From NCBI GenBank assembly GCA_041657425.1, contig JBBABY010000003.1, positions 60,001-92,000 on the forward strand: a stretch of DNA of 32,000 nt. The letters run 5' to 3'. This DNA is from an archaeon (lineage in GTDB: Archaea > Iainarchaeota > Iainarchaeia > Iainarchaeales > CSSED10-239). Below, piece after piece: positions 31,201 through 32,000 of this stretch (position 1 is the first letter of the stretch; the number at the start of each line of letters is the position of its first letter). Under the pieces are notes generated by a model that saw only the letters and a program-made list of their open reading frames with translations, was not told where the DNA came from and did no database searches. Position numbers and translations under genes: made by a program.

Positions 31201-32000
31201 GTAGATTAATGGCATAACTTTCTTTAGTTGTAGTTGAACCAAACCCTGCCGTTCCCTTCGGTGCAAGCCCCACTTCTGCAAGTAAATTTGTACCAATATT
31301 TGATAAGAAATTTATATCAGATGGTTCAGATTTTGTCGTAACACTTTCAAGTTTATACGAACCCGGAACGGCTGCTAATCCATTGCCTTGACTTATTATT
31401 GATGCACTACCCGGTACAACATACAACCCACCAAGCGTGCCCGGACCAGTTACGCCTTTTGGTGTAATCGTAGGAACCACAGAAGTAGAAATCTGCGTCG
31501 CGGGAGTCACAGTCTGTGCTATCGGAACCGCCGCCCCGGATGGTGAAATAACCACGGGGGTATATGCCGCGCCGCCTTCCTGTTTAAACCCACTAGGAGT
31601 AAGCGTACCCATCCCCAACTGCACCCCCGGCATTTCCGCAGCCATAGCACCAAATCCACCACCAACACGGGAAATATTAACACTGTGTAGACCACTAGTG
31701 GGGGTAACAGTCGGCGTTTCTACCATTCTTGCCGAACCCGGCACAACATATAACCCGCCAAGCATCGAAGTATCGGGTTTCGCAGAACTAACCTTTGCCG
31801 ATTCCGGAATATTAATCGCACCCGTTATCCCACTCGGCCCCATCGTCATTATTGCCGGTGATTCCGCAGATACTTTATACGGTGCGTTTGCAAGCGGCAT
31901 TTCGGATTTAGGTAAGTTTACTCCTTGCGGATTTACATAATTAGCAAGATTTAACGGATTTGCATATGTGCTTAATCTTGCTCCGGTGGATTCAACCGTC
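28292..32000 (-). CDS. giant Pro/Ser/Thr-rich protein (partial, N-terminus beyond right edge)
   Basis: The 1,202-aa track ORF starts at Met 31900, but the frame has no stop through 32000, so the protein exceeds 1,235 aa. Internal repeat GGLYVVPGSA occurs twice. PS-rich linker (SKPSPSTPSEPSPS). Basic tail ending KKKGKGKK. Confidence 0.8.
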   Translation of the reverse strand, partial: TVESTGARLSTYANPLNLANYVNPQGVNLPKSEMPLANAPYKVSAESPAIMTMGPSGITGAINIPESAKVSSAKPDTSMLGGLYVVPGSARMVETPTVTPTSGLHSVNISRVGGGFGAMAAEMPGVQLGMGTLTPSGFKQEGGAAYTPVVISPSGAAVPIAQTVTPATQISTSVVPTITPKGVTGPGTLGGLYVVPGSASIISQGNGLAAVPGSYKLESVTTKSEPSDINFLSNIGTNLLAEVGLAPKGTAGFGSTTTKESYAINLPSPYVSQAPTGYKPTPQTYTLSSERTTIEPSVYESVQKNISNLLPSLSSETQMDIGKKTDVLSQISDTSLGVYSELQQHPLDIAKIASESYLTGAALGYGENLLRMGVTKAAESGIPAIAKLGEYSSAPLISGIGNIAKVGVGTAILGESALNIYNQPTAFARGGEIAKTSTMLGGFGLGYGGITPIQTESYYKGEGLLAKTPTEIFPYKVSIGRATIVPSSGDVLPVSKYTTLGISKTSGASGQIERVSTIFGGLKTSPEGTRLFLGSPKVSSEEFRFAPDTFGKISTFAPKTPLETYMVSSLAGIEKPKIELGLDIRATTSGSKLQLHEVTPAVRDVVETYNIPNSGKVANSIVATLKDYKARLYGSSVQRGVGKEIGYPTLGRPANDLDIMLPSGEKGKLQSVDFAKDVTNSINRAAGKNVASVDINGNLATVKIGNSKLFDIHNENPSPEELMAQGANIASPISTKYTGLGMRIEPSVMTKEGVPVISFSEQVGRKLVGPIEYTPDVKSVTSKAYAGSDIQPFTVSGRLVPRFEGRVKDIPDYYFGERANIETLKKSESASTRNKANVAENKLNAWLETWGPETSKSVRAAYQTRFEGTSPISINLGEYQPTPSPILRSMGLGSILTPSPALNLIPSYSVGVQKIKSVETPSQKITSLSVGKMSTTSGRVSAASLSKFSQIKPTPKSLSYLSASESKLEVKSLSIPSKSISVSSEVSKMVSMPSATTPSESTPPSKPSPSTPSEPSPSISLIPSISLPAFGSLSVIPASPASIPPSTVSPRYGFPPPYSPPIESPESGKIPSALLFGGALSSGAGGGGFDRRFRKHKQVFTYPFTPYEAATATAKALKAGSNIVFGQKSSLPTFGIASPKPKVAVKQSTQRPAKVPQKPTAPRAAPKVSLPKFNMSTQQRPAKAAPRVAIKVSTPQFAQFKMPAGLTHKSTSNTGLKSISLPSSLPLKKKGKGKK

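Noticed and set aside
28254-31940. Multiple plus-strand track ORFs (28254..28622, 28710..29123, 29139..29561, 29627..29848, 29898..30089, 30931..31113, 31437..31940) and the minus-strand ORF 31015..31296
   Set aside because: All lie inside the 3.7-kb giant minus-strand ORF. They are antisense or alternate-frame shadows produced by its biased G/P/S/T codon composition, and none has an SD or promoter box.

Overview
This is an AT-rich 32-kb window (about 35-40% GC by eye, with local patches near 50%) that is almost entirely coding. It holds roughly 75 mostly small ORFs in alternating-strand blocks, many chained by ATGA/TAATG/GTGA start-stop overlaps. Products I can recognise from motifs: a Pol-beta-type nucleotidyltransferase; a ThyA-family enzyme; an archaeal/eukaryotic-type peptidyl-tRNA hydrolase (Pth2); a possible endonuclease-V-like pyrimidine-dimer glycosylase; a PPP-family metallophosphatase; a small serine recombinase next to a T5orf172 (GIY-YIG-like) protein; a radical SAM enzyme; an MT-A70 adenine methyltransferase; a MazG-like pyrophosphatase; a P-loop ATPase; a protein with five tandem zinc-ribbon modules and an HNH-like end; an AbrB-like regulator; and two HExxH peptidases, one FtsH/M41-like. 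The rest are Cys-rich, membrane or low-complexity proteins. A Pro/Ser/Thr-rich giant ORF of more than 1,235 aa runs off the right edge. The first gene of each block sits 18-23 nt downstream of a conserved T(T/A)TAAATAC(T/A)-type box, which matches archaeal TATA geometry and implies leaderless mRNAs. Internal genes use GGAGG/GGTGA Shine-Dalgarno sites, and plus-strand blocks end in oligo-T runs. Together with Pth2, the archaeal-type ThyA and a sequon-dense secreted protein, I read this as an archaeal virus, provirus or plasmid-like mobile element of unknown host. I recognised no head-tail hallmark genes and found no rRNA, tRNA or CRISPR array. The best candidates for something new are: (1) a radical SAM / MT-A70 / three small zinc- or coiled-coil-protein operon at 11.5-13.9 kb; (2) a more than 10-fold excess of the palindrome GCGCGC, written almost entirely into Ala-Arg/Arg-Ala codon pairs and clustered at 24.0-27.5 kb; (3) the serine recombinase, whose leaderless promoter is bracketed by a perfect 10-bp inverted repeat and preceded by three CTACGCG palindromic repeats; (4) duplicated promoter/operator boxes around a pair of metallopeptidases; and (5) the giant protein, which has an embedded GS...DLD...D nucleotidyltransferase-like motif. 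All functional calls rest on motif recognition from memory; no searches were run.
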